NCBI GenBank assembly: GCA_049517415.1
Contig: JBEKSC010000017.1
Span: 1-61,493, forward strand
Source: Candidatus Bathyarchaeia archaeon
GTDB taxonomy: Archaea; Thermoproteota; Bathyarchaeia; 40CM-2-53-6
DNA: 61,493 bases
Direction: 5' to 3'
Shown here: positions 48,119-58,706 of the stretch, piece after piece
Layout: every line of letters begins with the position of its first letter
How positions within the stretch are numbered: the first letter of the stretch is position 1
The notes under the pieces: model-generated
The model's database searches: none
What the model saw: the letters and a program-made list of their open reading frames with translations, nothing else
What the model was told of the DNA's origin: nothing
Translations under genes and position numbers: made by a program

Positions 48119-49555
48119 TTAGGAAACTGGGTGGGTGCGGAGGGCTTTGAGGGATTCCTCCGCGGCGGTCAGTGTTTCTTCAATTTCGCGTTCTGTGTGG
48201 ACCGCTGAGAGCGAGATGCGTTCAAGTCCATCGGGATGCATGTAGACGCCGCGTTTCACCATCTCTTCTCTGAAGCGTTTGTACTTCTCCTGGTCCGATT
48301 GGGCTGATTGTCGATAGGTGGACACTTTACGAAGTTTTGTGAAGTATATGGAGAGCAACGGGCCGACATTGTTAACGACCGCTTGGTAACCTGCCTCCCG
48401 GATTTTAGAAGATAGGCCTTCCTTCAGTTTTGCACCGTTGGCTGCCATTAGACGGAAAGCTTCGCCATCGTTTTCCATCAACGTCTGCAGGGTTGCTTTT
48501 GAAGCGGCGAGCGAGAGTGGGTTGGCGTTGTATGTTCCGCCGAAGCCTATTCTTCCAGGCCCAATCATGCTCATGAACTCCCTTTTCCCAGCAACTGCGG
48601 CCACGGGGGCACCGCCTCCAAGTGCTTTAGCGAAGCATGCGAGATCGGGTACTACGCCGTACAATTCTTGCGCACCGCCTCTCGCGACACGGAAACCTGT
48701 TAGGACTTCGTCGAAGATGAGCAAGACATCATACTTGATGGTCAGTTCGCGGAGGTGCTTGAGGTATTCAGGATCGGGGGGAATGACGCCTTGGTTTGCC
48801 ATCACCGGTTCAGTGATGATTGCTGCCACGTCGCTGCTGTGTTTCTTGAGTATGCGTTCTAGGGAGGTCAGATTGTTCCAGGGCGCTACGATGACAGTCT
48901 TCGAGACCTCGTCGGGGATTCCAGGGAAGTAAGCTAGTCTTGTTGGGCTCGATTCTAACCCTGAGACCGGAGAGGGCGAGTCCACGCTGAAGAGAACGGA
49001 ATCATGGTGGCCATGGTAATGGCCTTCGAATTTGATCAGCTTATCCTTCCCGGTGACTGCTCTTGCAATCCGCAGGGCTTCCATTGTTGCTTCGGTGCCT
49101 GTGTTCGCGAAAGTGACCATTTCTGCGCATGGGACTGCGCTGGTAACCATCTTAGCCACCTCAATTTCCAGTTCGGTTGTCGTCCCGAACATGGTGCCTT
49201 CTTGGAGTTGCTTCTGAATTGCAGAGATCACCTTGGGGTGCTTGTGGCCGAGAATCAGGGCGCCGTAGGCCATGAGGTAATCAATGTACTTGTTCCCGTC
49301 CACGTCCCAAACCCTTGGTCCTTCACCATTCTTGAATAGAATTGGAAAGGGATCATGCATGTGAACTCGGACGTTTGATGACGCTCCGGCAGGCATGTAG
49401 ATTCTGGCCTGCTCGTACAGCTGCCTCGACCTTTCTAGCGAGGCGACCTCCGGAATCGGATTAATCACGCCGAGAAGCTTTCGTTCTTCGCGGCGATCTA
49501 GGAGGACTTCCATTTCTATCAACTCGCTTATACAAAATTTGCCTTGTTCTACCAT
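48119..49555 (-). CDS. Class III aminotransferase, glutamate-1-semialdehyde 2,1-aminomutase-like
   Basis: DVDGNKYID, NTGTEAT, KFEGHYHGHHD, DEVLTGFR, AKALGGG, GTYNANP; true start may be downstream. Confidence 0.88.
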   Translation of the reverse strand: MVEQGKFCISELIEMEVLLDRREERKLLGVINPIPEVASLERSRQLYEQARIYMPAGASSNVRVHMHDPFPILFKNGEGPRVWDVDGNKYIDYLMAYGALILGHKHPKVISAIQKQLQEGTMFGTTTELEIEVAKMVTSAVPCAEMVTFANTGTEATMEALRIARAVTGKDKLIKFEGHYHGHHDSVLFSVDSPSPVSGLESSPTRLAYFPGIPDEVSKTVIVAPWNNLTSLERILKKHSSDVAAIITEPVMANQGVIPPDPEYLKHLRELTIKYDVLLIFDEVLTGFRVARGGAQELYGVVPDLACFAKALGGGAPVAAVAGKREFMSMIGPGRIGFGGTYNANPLSLAASKATLQTLMENDGEAFRLMAANGAKLKEGLSSKIREAGYQAVVNNVGPLLSIYFTKLRKVSTYRQSAQSDQEKYKRFREEMVKRGVYMHPDGLERISLSAVHTEREIEETLTAAEESLKALRTHPVS

Positions 49556-49989
49556 ATAAATCGGTATTATGGTTTTTTCGCTCGTTTTTCACATTTTTTG
49601 ACCTCAAAATTGCGTTTTCTGACTGCAAAGTGTCGAGGAAAAATCGAATCTAAGGAATTCCGGATAAATTTGAACTGTTCAACTATAAACTACTCAATTC
49701 AATACCATTTGAACTAATGTGGCATTTGAACGGAGCGTTTGCAAAAGTCGGCCAGCCAATACGCTGGCTGTTCTTCGGTGAGAGCTGACATCCACCCAGG
49801 AAACGTTCGTGATTTCTTGGAAACAAATCGATCGAACAATAGGGCCGAGGTGAGGGTATTAGTTACACCTAAGCGCGACGGCGGGCCAAATTAACTCAAT
49901 CTATAATCAGTCGGCAAAACTAAAGGCTAAACGTGGCTCTGTTAACTTGTCAGCTCATTGCTTTCACTGACCTCTCATGCCTAAAAGAA

Positions 49990-51190
49990 ATTGAAAGTTG
50001 AGGGTATGTTATGCGGGCGGTCAAATCAGTTCAACAACACTACACGATTAGCCCCGAGATTCTACGGATGCTTGACGAGTTCCGCCAGATGATGAACACC
50101 TGTACACAGGTCGGTTTGGACGAGAATGTCACGAGCCTCAAGTCTTTGTCCCTGAAAGCGTACAAACAACTTGCAGCCTACGATGCTATGAGCTACTACA
50201 AGCTCTGCGCCATCAGTGGTGCAACCGGCATCTTGCGAAATTATCGCAGGATGGCTCGACATGGCCAGAAGCCAACCAGCCGGTACGTTCGGCGGTTGCG
50301 GTTGACCACATGCTACGGATTCAAGATTAAGGATGGCTGCTTGTTCCTGCCCTATCATCCAAGGGAACCGATCAGAATTCCTCTAACACCGCATGTTCAA
50401 GCAACCATTCGAAAGCACGCGGTTCGTTCGGTCACGTTGACCCAAGATAAGTTATCGCTGACATATGCGAAGCAGGTCGAGGATGTCAAGCCGGATGGCT
50501 TCATAGGTGTCGACCGGAACCTGAACAATGTCACATTGGCCGCAACGGACGGTTCGATCGTGAAGCATGACCTCTCCGAGGCGACACGGGTAAAGGCCAC
50601 TTATCGTGAGACTCGCTCCCGCATGAGGCGAAACGATGTGCGCATCCGCCGCGAAATCACCAACAAGTATGGTTTGAAGCAGCGGGAGAAGGTGAATCGG
50701 ATTCTCCACCATGCATCGAAAATGATCGTGCAATAAGCCAAGGACCGCGATTTCGGCCTCGTGATGGAGCGGCTCACTGGCCTTCGGAAACTGTATCAAC
50801 GTGGAAACCGCCAAGGCCGACGGTATCGCGGCCGGATGAACTCTTGGTCGTATGCGGAGTTGCAACGTCAGATCGAGTATAAAGCCCGCTGGGAAGGTTT
50901 GCCGGTCATCTATGTTCATCCGCCTGGGACATCAGCGAAGTGTTCGATATGTGGGTCTCGCATGGCGAGAACACCCGAAGAGAACCGAACGCTGAGATGT
51001 CCGTCGTGCGGGGCGAGCGTAGACCGTGACGTAAACGCCGCCAGAAACATTTTGGCGAGAGGCATGAGGTTCGCGCCAATCGCGCTTCCAGTTGAAGCGA
51101 TGGTACAGGAACCCGCAGTAGGTAATCCTGAAAGTCGATGGAAGCGAGTTAACGCGTCGAGGCTTCATGAGCCGACCAGTTAACGGAACC
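49990..51190 (+). mobile_element. tnpB-only (IS1341-like) insertion sequence; ends approximate
   Basis: tnpB without tnpA; structured 3' region ending ...gttaacggaacc; left end not resolved. Confidence 0.6.
50011..51183 (+). pseudogene. tnpB: IS200/IS605-family TnpB RNA-guided nuclease interrupted by an in-frame TAA (50734-50736)
   Basis: ORFs 50011-50736 and 50761-51183 share a frame; RuvC motifs IGVDRN, VMERL, DRDVNAARNI; QIEYKA; Zn finger CSICG/CPSCG. Confidence 0.92.
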
Positions 51191-51210
51191 CTAAACGTTA
51201 AAGATTGCCA
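51065..51210 (+). ncRNA. Putative TnpB omegaRNA (reRNA) scaffold plus flank-derived guide
   Basis: Overlaps the tnpB 3' end; pairings cgcttcca/tggaagcg, cagga/tcctg, gttaac/gttaac enclosing ggct-tcatg-agcc; boundaries inferred. Confidence 0.5.
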
Positions 51211-51248
51211 GCACATATCTTCGCTAGTAAATGGAGCAAATTCTGCAG

Positions 51249-53105
51249 ATGAAGTTTCGATTGGGCAGGGCTGCTATCGGAAAGATGCAGGGCATCTTAG
51301 TAATCGTGGTCTTACTGCTCGTGATTGCCGGAGGTGTATACTTCTACTCTTCAACCAGGCCCGGAACCACTAGTACAACCAGCCAGGCGCCTACCTCGTT
51401 AGTTGTGGAGGAGGAGAGCCAGCCTGATTCGATGGACCCCGCAGTTTCCTATACGACCCCCGGATGGGAAATCGTTGAGCAAATCTACCAGGGGCTATTA
51501 GCGCCGAATGGCACTAGCTATACTACGTACATAGGTGTTCTCGCTGAGAATTGGACAGTTTCATCCGACGGGATGACTTACACATTTTCCCTTAGGCCAG
51601 GAGTGACCTTCAGCAATGGGGATCCGTTCAACGCGTTCGTGATGTGGTTCTCAATGTACAGGACGCTAATCATGAATCAATCACCTGCTTGGATTCTTGG
51701 TCAAAATTTGGCTGCAACTAACGGTGCAGGGTTCAACATAACCGATAGCATACTAAATTCCATAAACTACACTAACCCTACACCCAAAGATCTTAGCTAC
51801 ATGAGTTATCCAAACCAATCGATACAAGCCGCTTCGCCCGATCAACTGGTAATCCACCTCGGATACGGCTACAATGGGAATGCACCGTATTCCGCATTTC
51901 TCGCTACTCTCATTACGCCAATGGCTATGGCCGTCGACCCGAGCGTTGTGGAAGCGAACGGCGGCGTGGTTGCAGGGCAACCAAACAATTACATGGAAAC
52001 CCATGTTATCGGAACCAGCTTCTATAAGTTGCAGTCTTGGGTTCAGGGGCAGAGCATCACACTGATCAAAAGTCAGAATTATTGGGGAACTAATGTTTCA
52101 TCATCTGAAAGCAATTATGCAATTCAGCCGGCGATCCTCGACACGATTAGCTTCTACTACAAAGCTACATCCGCAATGATTGCTGATTTGGAATCTAACA
52201 CTGCTCAAATGATCATCGCGCCTCCGACCCAGAACGGCGTTCTGAAACAGGCGACAGGCATCACAACGACTATCCTGCCCACTGCTTTCGGTTCGGCCGC
52301 AAGCATAATTTTCGTTTACATGGATCCGTACGCCTTCCCGCCATTTCAAGACCGGCGAGTTAGAGAAGCTATCTCCTACGCCATCGATTACAAATCCATA
52401 ATTCATTCAGTATACGATGATCTGGCGACTCAATGGATTGGTCCTGTTCCCCCAGGCTTCCCTGACTACGATCAATCCACAGCGGGCTTGCAGCCCTATC
52501 AATTCGATCCGACCAAGGCTGCATCGTTGCTTGCGCAAGCCGGCTACAAGTCTTCCCTGCCAAACGGAACATCTCTTAATCCCGGCGGGAAATCTTTTCC
52601 ATCAGTGAACTTCCTATACGACGCTGACAGTTCACCTGAAACTCAAACTGCACAAATCATATCGTCTGAGCTCCAGGTAGTGGGCATTACAGTTACTCTC
52701 AGTCCTCTCACGTTCAAGCAGTACGCCAATGTGGTAACCTCGACTGGAAACGTTAACAGTACCGCTTACCCATTCGGCATAAGCTACTATAGCGAAGACT
52801 ACACCGCGAGCATAGATTACGTGTCCGCTTTAACTACAACTGGCCAAGTAGGATTCTCCGGATTCTCCAACCAGACCGTTGCGGGTTGGACGACATCAGC
52901 AGCAACCGCATTAGACGAAAACACAATAATTCAAAACTTTCAACAAATTACCCGAGCCATGTATTATGACTACACGAACATTTGGCTATACGTGCCGTAC
53001 TTCTTGGCGGCGAATAGAAGCGACGTCGTCGGAATGATTCCTAACCCTGCCGGCTCAGGCATGGGATACTTCATGTTTTACAATACAATACATTTTAGCT
53101 CATAG
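51249..53105 (+). CDS. Peptide/nickel ABC transporter substrate-binding protein (family 5)
   Basis: N-terminal TM anchor, SMDPA, LAENWTVSSDGMTYTFSLRPGVTFSNGDPFNA, RVREAISYAID. Confidence 0.93.
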   Translation: MKFRLGRAAIGKMQGILVIVVLLLVIAGGVYFYSSTRPGTTSTTSQAPTSLVVEEESQPDSMDPAVSYTTPGWEIVEQIYQGLLAPNGTSYTTYIGVLAENWTVSSDGMTYTFSLRPGVTFSNGDPFNAFVMWFSMYRTLIMNQSPAWILGQNLAATNGAGFNITDSILNSINYTNPTPKDLSYMSYPNQSIQAASPDQLVIHLGYGYNGNAPYSAFLATLITPMAMAVDPSVVEANGGVVAGQPNNYMETHVIGTSFYKLQSWVQGQSITLIKSQNYWGTNVSSSESNYAIQPAILDTISFYYKATSAMIADLESNTAQMIIAPPTQNGVLKQATGITTTILPTAFGSAASIIFVYMDPYAFPPFQDRRVREAISYAIDYKSIIHSVYDDLATQWIGPVPPGFPDYDQSTAGLQPYQFDPTKAASLLAQAGYKSSLPNGTSLNPGGKSFPSVNFLYDADSSPETQTAQIISSELQVVGITVTLSPLTFKQYANVVTSTGNVNSTAYPFGISYYSEDYTASIDYVSALTTTGQVGFSGFSNQTVAGWTTSAATALDENTIIQNFQQITRAMYYDYTNIWLYVPYFLAANRSDVVGMIPNPAGSGMGYFMFYNTIHFSS

Positions 53106-53115
53106 ATGACTGGTT

Positions 53116-54162
53116 CTGGTCTACTTCAAAGATTTTCTTCCCGTTCTTGGAAAAAGAATAGTGGGCTCGCTACTCGTAGCCATCGGAACCGTTACAATCA
53201 TTTTCTTCATCTCGCACATCCTCAACCCAGACCCTGCACGATTGTGGGCGGGGCCGAGGGCCCGTGAGTCCACGATTCTGGCTGTAGTAGCGAGATACCA
53301 CTTGAATGAGCCACTGTACTCGCAGTATTACTATTTCATGCGAGACCTATTCACCGGGAACTTCGGCATCGATCCGTTAACTGGCCAAACAATTCTCTCT
53401 GAAATCCGATTCTACCTGCCAAACACCCTTGAACTAGTTCTGTTCTCATTCGTCATCCTGGTCATAGCTGGGATAGGATTAGGATACTTTGCGGGAATGC
53501 ACTTCAGCACTCTTGGCGACTCAATTGCTAGGGTGATCTACTTAGTTTCTTGGTCGACGCCAATGTATTTGGCAGCAATCCTTGCCATCCTCTTTTTCGC
53601 TACTTACATCCCCGTGTTTCCATCAGGCGGGATGTACTCGTTATCTATCGCGCCACCCGAACCCGTAACGGGCATTTTCTTGATCGACGCACTTCTTGGA
53701 TTTAACGCGGCCGCGTTTCTGTCAGGGCTTCAACACTTGATTCTTCCGGCCACGGCTCTTGCCTTCGTGAATTTTGGTCTAATCTCCAGAGCAGTTCGGT
53801 CCTCAATCCTAAACGTGCGTTGGTCAACGCATGTGAAGACTGCACGGGCAAAGGGATTGAATGAAGACGAAGTTAGGCGCAAGCACATTCTACGAAATGC
53901 TTTGATCGACGCCACAAGTATCAGCGCTGTAATCTTTGGTTGGGTCTTAACGAGTACTCTGGTTGTGGAGGAGTTATTCGCGTGGCCCGGTTTAGGCCAG
54001 TTCGCTTACCAGGCGATTTTCAGTAATGATTATCCTGTTTTGATTCCCATCGTCGTAGTATTCACTTTCGGTGTAATTGCGGCTAACTTCGTAGCGGACG
54101 TTGCCTACTCGCTTCTTGATCCTCGAATCCTAATCGGAGGTCACGACGCTGCAATCACTTAA
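53116..54162 (+). CDS. Peptide ABC transporter permease (DppB/OppB-like)
   Basis: PNTLEL, HLILPA, TARAKGL, HILRNA, EELFAWPGLG; frame open upstream of GTG 53161 to a CTG. Confidence 0.92.
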   Translation: MVYFKDFLPVLGKRIVGSLLVAIGTVTIIFFISHILNPDPARLWAGPRARESTILAVVARYHLNEPLYSQYYYFMRDLFTGNFGIDPLTGQTILSEIRFYLPNTLELVLFSFVILVIAGIGLGYFAGMHFSTLGDSIARVIYLVSWSTPMYLAAILAILFFATYIPVFPSGGMYSLSIAPPEPVTGIFLIDALLGFNAAAFLSGLQHLILPATALAFVNFGLISRAVRSSILNVRWSTHVKTARAKGLNEDEVRRKHILRNALIDATSISAVIFGWVLTSTLVVEELFAWPGLGQFAYQAIFSNDYPVLIPIVVVFTFGVIAANFVADVAYSLLDPRILIGGHDAAIT

Positions 54163-55066
54163 GTTCAGACAACTGGTCCTATCCAACCGGCTCTCGTCCT
54201 TAGGCTTGGCCATCGTAATCATATCTGTCAGCTTAGCTGCAGGTTTCGTGATTTTTGGCGGGCGAATCACTCCTTACAGTCCATATGCGCTGAATCTTCA
54301 GGATTCCAATTTGCCGCCGAGCTTTACCCACCTGTTTGGCACAGACTTCCAGGGAAGAGACATATTCTCTCGAGTCATCGCTGCCTTGCCCATCGACTTG
54401 GGCTTGCCGATCGCTATCGTCCTGCTCTCGTCGGTATTGGGAATCCTCCTCGGTATGGCAGCGGGCTACTTAGGAGGCGTCGTCGACGAGGTCATCATGC
54501 GAGTAACCGACCTCTTCTTGGCCTTTCCTACCATCATAATGGTGTTGGCAGTCGCCGCAACGTTAGGGGCAGGTCTAATCAACGCGATGCTGGCCTTCGT
54601 ATTCGTTTGGTGGCCTCCCTATGTGAGGTTAGTTAGAGGGGGGGTACTCGAGGTGGTTGCGGAAGATTTCATCGCGATCTCGAAAGCGTTGAATTCGTCT
54701 TTCAGCCACATAATCTTCAAAGGCATCCTACCAAACATCTTGCCATCTGTCCTAACGTACGCTACTCTTGACATCGGAACCGCTCTGCTCGAAGTATCCA
54801 TACTCGGCTTCTTGGGGATCGGGATTCCACCGAATACCCCTGAGCTTGGCGTAATGGTCGGCTCGATCAGTTATGGGCTTTATAGTTACCCGTGGCAGGC
54901 CCTCTTTCCAGCCTTCGTAACAATGCTTCTCGTGGTCGGTTTTAGCTTCCTGGGCGACGGCGCCAGAGAAGCTTCTGACGTGAAAGTCAGACCGTATATT
55001 CTCTTCAAGGGAAGAGCCTTCAGAAAGGCGGGCGAGATTCAGCAACAGGAATCGACAAAGCAGTGA
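54149..55066 (+). CDS. Peptide ABC transporter permease (DppC/OppC-like)
   Basis: HLFGTDFQGRDIFSR, MRVTDLFLAFP, ILPN, GFLGIG, GDG; probable CTG start after GGAGGT. Confidence 0.92.
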   Translation: MQSLKFRQLVLSNRLSSLGLAIVIISVSLAAGFVIFGGRITPYSPYALNLQDSNLPPSFTHLFGTDFQGRDIFSRVIAALPIDLGLPIAIVLLSSVLGILLGMAAGYLGGVVDEVIMRVTDLFLAFPTIIMVLAVAATLGAGLINAMLAFVFVWWPPYVRLVRGGVLEVVAEDFIAISKALNSSFSHIIFKGILPNILPSVLTYATLDIGTALLEVSILGFLGIGIPPNTPELGVMVGSISYGLYSYPWQALFPAFVTMLLVVGFSFLGDGAREASDVKVRPYILFKGRAFRKAGEIQQQESTKQ

Positions 55067-55071
55067 ACACG

Positions 55072-56040
55072 TCAACTACTCTTATCGTGAAGGAAGCAAG
55101 CGGCAAAATGGTCGGAACCCAAACTAATCATTGGTGGAGAATTACTGCATTTTTCAAAGACATGTGGACAAACCTTGCTGTACACGCACCCGGTCGGTGA
55201 CGATCCCCGCTCACCCAAATCTTCTTCCTCTTTATGTTCAGCACGCCTGAGTCCTGGGACGTTCGACATCAGTCTCACTGTGAATGGATGCTTAGGATTT
55301 GTTACAACATCATAGGTCCGTCCCACTTCCAGGAGCTTGCCATAATAGAGGATTCCAAGCGAATCGCTCATGTATTTCATGACGTTGATGTCATGCGTTA
55401 TGAAGAAGTAGGAGAGATGCAACTTTGACTTCAGCTCTTTCAATGTGTTCAAAACTTGGGCCTGGACGGATACGTCCAATGAACTCGTAGGTTCGTCGAG
55501 CACCAACATTTTTTTCGGCACACCGATAGCTCTAGCAATGCTTACCCGTTGCTTCTCACCACCGCTGAGCTCCCTCGGGTAAGCATCGAGACTGCTCTTT
55601 CTCAAACCCACCAGATCAATGGTTTCTTCTATTCTGCTATCATAATCTCGCCTATCGAAAGTCTTCGACGCCACTAAGGCCTCTTTTATGATTTCCTTAA
55701 CACGCAAACGCGGGTTTAGAGACCCGACCGGGTCTTGAAAGACTATTCCGACATTTCGCCTAAGGTAAGTCACGTCCGTCTTCTTTCGGAAGTTTATCTC
55801 CTTACCCAGTAACTTTACGGACCCAGACCTTGGCTTGAACAGGCCAACCAGAACCCAAGCTATTATTGACTTACCTGAACCGGTCTCGCCACCCAAACCA
55901 AAAGTCTCACCCTCCCTGACATGGAAGGAGACATCGTTAACTACGTTCATCATTCCGGATCCTCTCTCGAACAACAATAGGTTCCCTCCCCTAACGATGA
56001 AGGAAACTGTGAGGTTGTTCACTTCGAGGATGTTGCTCAT
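55072..56040 (-). CDS. Peptide ABC transporter ATP-binding protein (DppF/OppF-like)
   Basis: GETGSGKS, VFQDP, YPRELSGGEKQR, DEPTSSLDVSVQ, HP, C-terminal Cys cluster. Confidence 0.94.
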   Translation of the reverse strand: MSNILEVNNLTVSFIVRGGNLLLFERGSGMMNVVNDVSFHVREGETFGLGGETGSGKSIIAWVLVGLFKPRSGSVKLLGKEINFRKKTDVTYLRRNVGIVFQDPVGSLNPRLRVKEIIKEALVASKTFDRRDYDSRIEETIDLVGLRKSSLDAYPRELSGGEKQRVSIARAIGVPKKMLVLDEPTSSLDVSVQAQVLNTLKELKSKLHLSYFFITHDINVMKYMSDSLGILYYGKLLEVGRTYDVVTNPKHPFTVRLMSNVPGLRRAEHKEEEDLGERGSSPTGCVYSKVCPHVFEKCSNSPPMISLGSDHFAACFLHDKSS

Positions 56041-57050
56041 TTCTTCTCTAGCAACCAGCATGAGGCGTTGCGGTCATCATCGGTCTCAAAAACGGGCGGC
56101 TCAGTCTCTTTGCATTTCTGCATCACGAATGGACACCTCGGGTGGAATTTGCAGCCTGTGGGTAAGCTCCTGAGGTCTGGCGCTTCACCGGTAGGAGCGG
56201 GCAACGGCGGGGAATCAACAAACCCCTGCGGTATCGCTGCGAAGAGTTTCTGAGTGTAAGGATGCGCCGGTGCATCCAATATACGCTCTGTACTGCCCTC
56301 CTCCATCACTCTCCCTGCATACATCACGTACAATCTGTCGCAAATCTGTGAGGCGACCATCAAGTCGTGGGTGATGAATATCATTGCGGTTCCTGTTCGC
56401 CGATTCAAATCCTTCAGAATGTTCAGTATTCTGTTCTGGACGTACACGTCAAGCCCAGTAGTCACCTCATCCAATATCAGAAGTTTCGGCTTTTCCACTA
56501 TGGCCATTGCTATCGAGACCCGCTGCCTCATTCCGCCGGAAAGTTCGTGGGGGTATTTCTTCAGGACCCACTCAGGTTTGTCGAGGCGCAAATCATTCAG
56601 GATCTCCACCATCATTTTCGTTTCATCTTTAGCTGAAAGATTCAACTTGAGAGTTCTTTGAAGAATTTCGATGGACTCCTTAAGCTGTGTATCAGTTCTG
56701 TAAACTGGATTTAGAGCTGCGAGGGATTCTTGGAACACCATGCCTATTCCTGTTCCACGGTAGCGTGATAGCTCAACAGGGTTCAACGCGCGCATGTCGT
56801 TTCCTTCGAAGGCTATGGAGCCATTGATGATTTCTGCGGGCGGCGTGTCTAGAAGGCCGATTATAGCTAATCCAAGTGTCGTCTTGCCAGACCCGCTCTC
56901 ACCCACAATCCCAACTATCTCCCCTTTCTCGATGTGCAATGAGACATTCTCAAGAACACGCACCCGTCCGTCGACCGTCGCGTAATCCATGCTCAACCCA
57001 TCAACCGCTAGAAGGTTACGGCTGGGCACTTCAGGCGATTCCATAGACAC
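56037..57050 (-). CDS. Peptide ABC transporter ATP-binding protein (DppD/OppD-like)
   Basis: GESGSGKT, YPHELSGGMRQR, HPYT, GCKFHPRCP. Confidence 0.94.
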   Translation of the reverse strand: MSMESPEVPSRNLLAVDGLSMDYATVDGRVRVLENVSLHIEKGEIVGIVGESGSGKTTLGLAIIGLLDTPPAEIINGSIAFEGNDMRALNPVELSRYRGTGIGMVFQESLAALNPVYRTDTQLKESIEILQRTLKLNLSAKDETKMMVEILNDLRLDKPEWVLKKYPHELSGGMRQRVSIAMAIVEKPKLLILDEVTTGLDVYVQNRILNILKDLNRRTGTAMIFITHDLMVASQICDRLYVMYAGRVMEEGSTERILDAPAHPYTQKLFAAIPQGFVDSPPLPAPTGEAPDLRSLPTGCKFHPRCPFVMQKCKETEPPVFETDDDRNASCWLLEKK

Positions 57051-57342
57051 ATCTCATTCGAGTGGTACCAAATTCAAAGAGCTTGCGTAACTCGTTTGCG
57101 ATTTCTCAGCCAATCTAATTTGCGCAAGCCGCAAACTGTCCAGTTGGACATTAAATTCTTGTGGTATAATGCGCACGAAAGCTTCGGTTAACTCGTTGCA
57201 GGCTAGTACTCAAACAATGCCCCGTTTGCCCCGTTTGGGAGAAGGGGATTCGTAAAGAAGATGGATTCCATTTCGATTCAGAAGCAGCACGGTAAAAAGA
57301 CAGACATAACTTGTTGGCTCGCCGCCAAGAGCCACCACTGGT

Positions 57343-58674
57343 TTGGTCGGGCCGGCCGAGGGATTCAGCTTGGCTTCCTCAAATGACAACGTAAAATCAA
57401 AGGATGTTAAGGACGATTGGATTTACTCCACTCTACCGATTAACATCGCAATTGGGCCCGTATCAACATTCGTTCAATTGTACATTTTGACGCTTCATGG
57501 GACAGTGATCGATATTGCGCTCGCAACTACATTGTTCAACGCTGTAACGATCCCGGCCTCAATAATCTGGGGGTTTGCAACAGACCGGTCTGATAGAAGA
57601 AAACCAATCATAGTCCTGAGTTACGCGGCTGTTGCAGGAACGCTCATCTTATTTCTATTTGCTAGAACGATCTATGGAGTGGAAGTTCTTTACTCAATCT
57701 TCTCGCTCGTCTCATCTGCGGCTGCGACGCCGTTGAACATGCTCATAATGGAAAGTCAGCGAAAGTCTCGTTGGGCGCTTGTCTTTGCCCGCTTATCGAT
57801 GATCTCGAGTGTCGGGGTAGTCGTTGGATTGGTGCTTGGGGTTGCGTGGGGTGATTTCCTGCCATTCACCCTTCTCGTTGTCCCGCTAACGTGGCTCTCA
57901 GTGCTCTCGGCCGCAATGGCGGCGGTTATGATCAGGGAGCCTGGCTTCGTTTTTGAGCGTGAGATGATTGTAATGTTCAGCCGGAGTTTCTTCCAACGGC
58001 TCTTAGCGTTGCCGTTATTCTTCTTGAAGATACCGAGCTTGATGGATTTCAGGCGATTCTTCAAGGGCGGAAGGTCTCCATTGACCCGGGAGCCCGTTCT
58101 GCTTTACAGCTCTATTGCAGCATTCTACTTCGCTAGTGGAATATTCAACACGTCCCTCGTTCCTTCGCTTTACAACGCCAATGTTTCAAAGAGTGAAGTT
58201 TTCCTTGTAAACCTAATCGCCATGATTGTTCAAACAATTTCGTTTAGCTACTACGGGAAGCGTATGAACCAGCAAAACTTGAGGCAGAGTGCTTTCGGGG
58301 GGCTTGTGCTGCGGTCGGTTAGCTATTTGATTATAGGCGCCTCCGCCATCTTCTTCACAGGGCTTCCATTTTTGGCGTATACGCTGGTGTTCTATACGTT
58401 GGCCGGGGGACTTGCCTATGCAGTCTACTATGCGGCGTCTAATGTGATGGTCTTCAACACATTGGGCCGGAGTGGGCAGGGCTCCGCTTTGGGGATATAC
58501 AGCGCCCTAGTAGGGTTCGCGACAATGATAGGCTCATTCATCTCAGGATTCATATCCTTCTACACGGGATTCTACCTAACCTTCCTAATCTCCGGGTTAT
58601 TCATGGCCATCGCAGCGGCCTTCACGTACTTGCTTAGCCCTTCGAACCCTTACTTCGATGAAGACATCGCGTAA
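57343..58674 (+). CDS. MFS transporter
   Basis: About 12 TM helices, WGFATDRSDRRKP motif A; start uncertain. Confidence 0.88.
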   Translation: MVGPAEGFSLASSNDNVKSKDVKDDWIYSTLPINIAIGPVSTFVQLYILTLHGTVIDIALATTLFNAVTIPASIIWGFATDRSDRRKPIIVLSYAAVAGTLILFLFARTIYGVEVLYSIFSLVSSAAATPLNMLIMESQRKSRWALVFARLSMISSVGVVVGLVLGVAWGDFLPFTLLVVPLTWLSVLSAAMAAVMIREPGFVFEREMIVMFSRSFFQRLLALPLFFLKIPSLMDFRRFFKGGRSPLTREPVLLYSSIAAFYFASGIFNTSLVPSLYNANVSKSEVFLVNLIAMIVQTISFSYYGKRMNQQNLRQSAFGGLVLRSVSYLIIGASAIFFTGLPFLAYTLVFYTLAGGLAYAVYYAASNVMVFNTLGRSGQGSALGIYSALVGFATMIGSFISGFISFYTGFYLTFLISGLFMAIAAAFTYLLSPSNPYFDEDIA

Positions 58675-58706
58675 TGGGCCAAACAGCTAACGCGACTTGG
58701 TTCCGA

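Noticed and set aside
49927..49934. ctaaacgt on both sides of the tnpB element (also 51191) as a target-site duplication or guide target
   Set aside because: Only 8 nt, not at the inferred left end, and IS605 elements do not make target duplications
57217..57295. Short ORF MPVCPVWEKG... as a YHS/Zn-finger remnant
   Set aside because: Too short and degenerate to support
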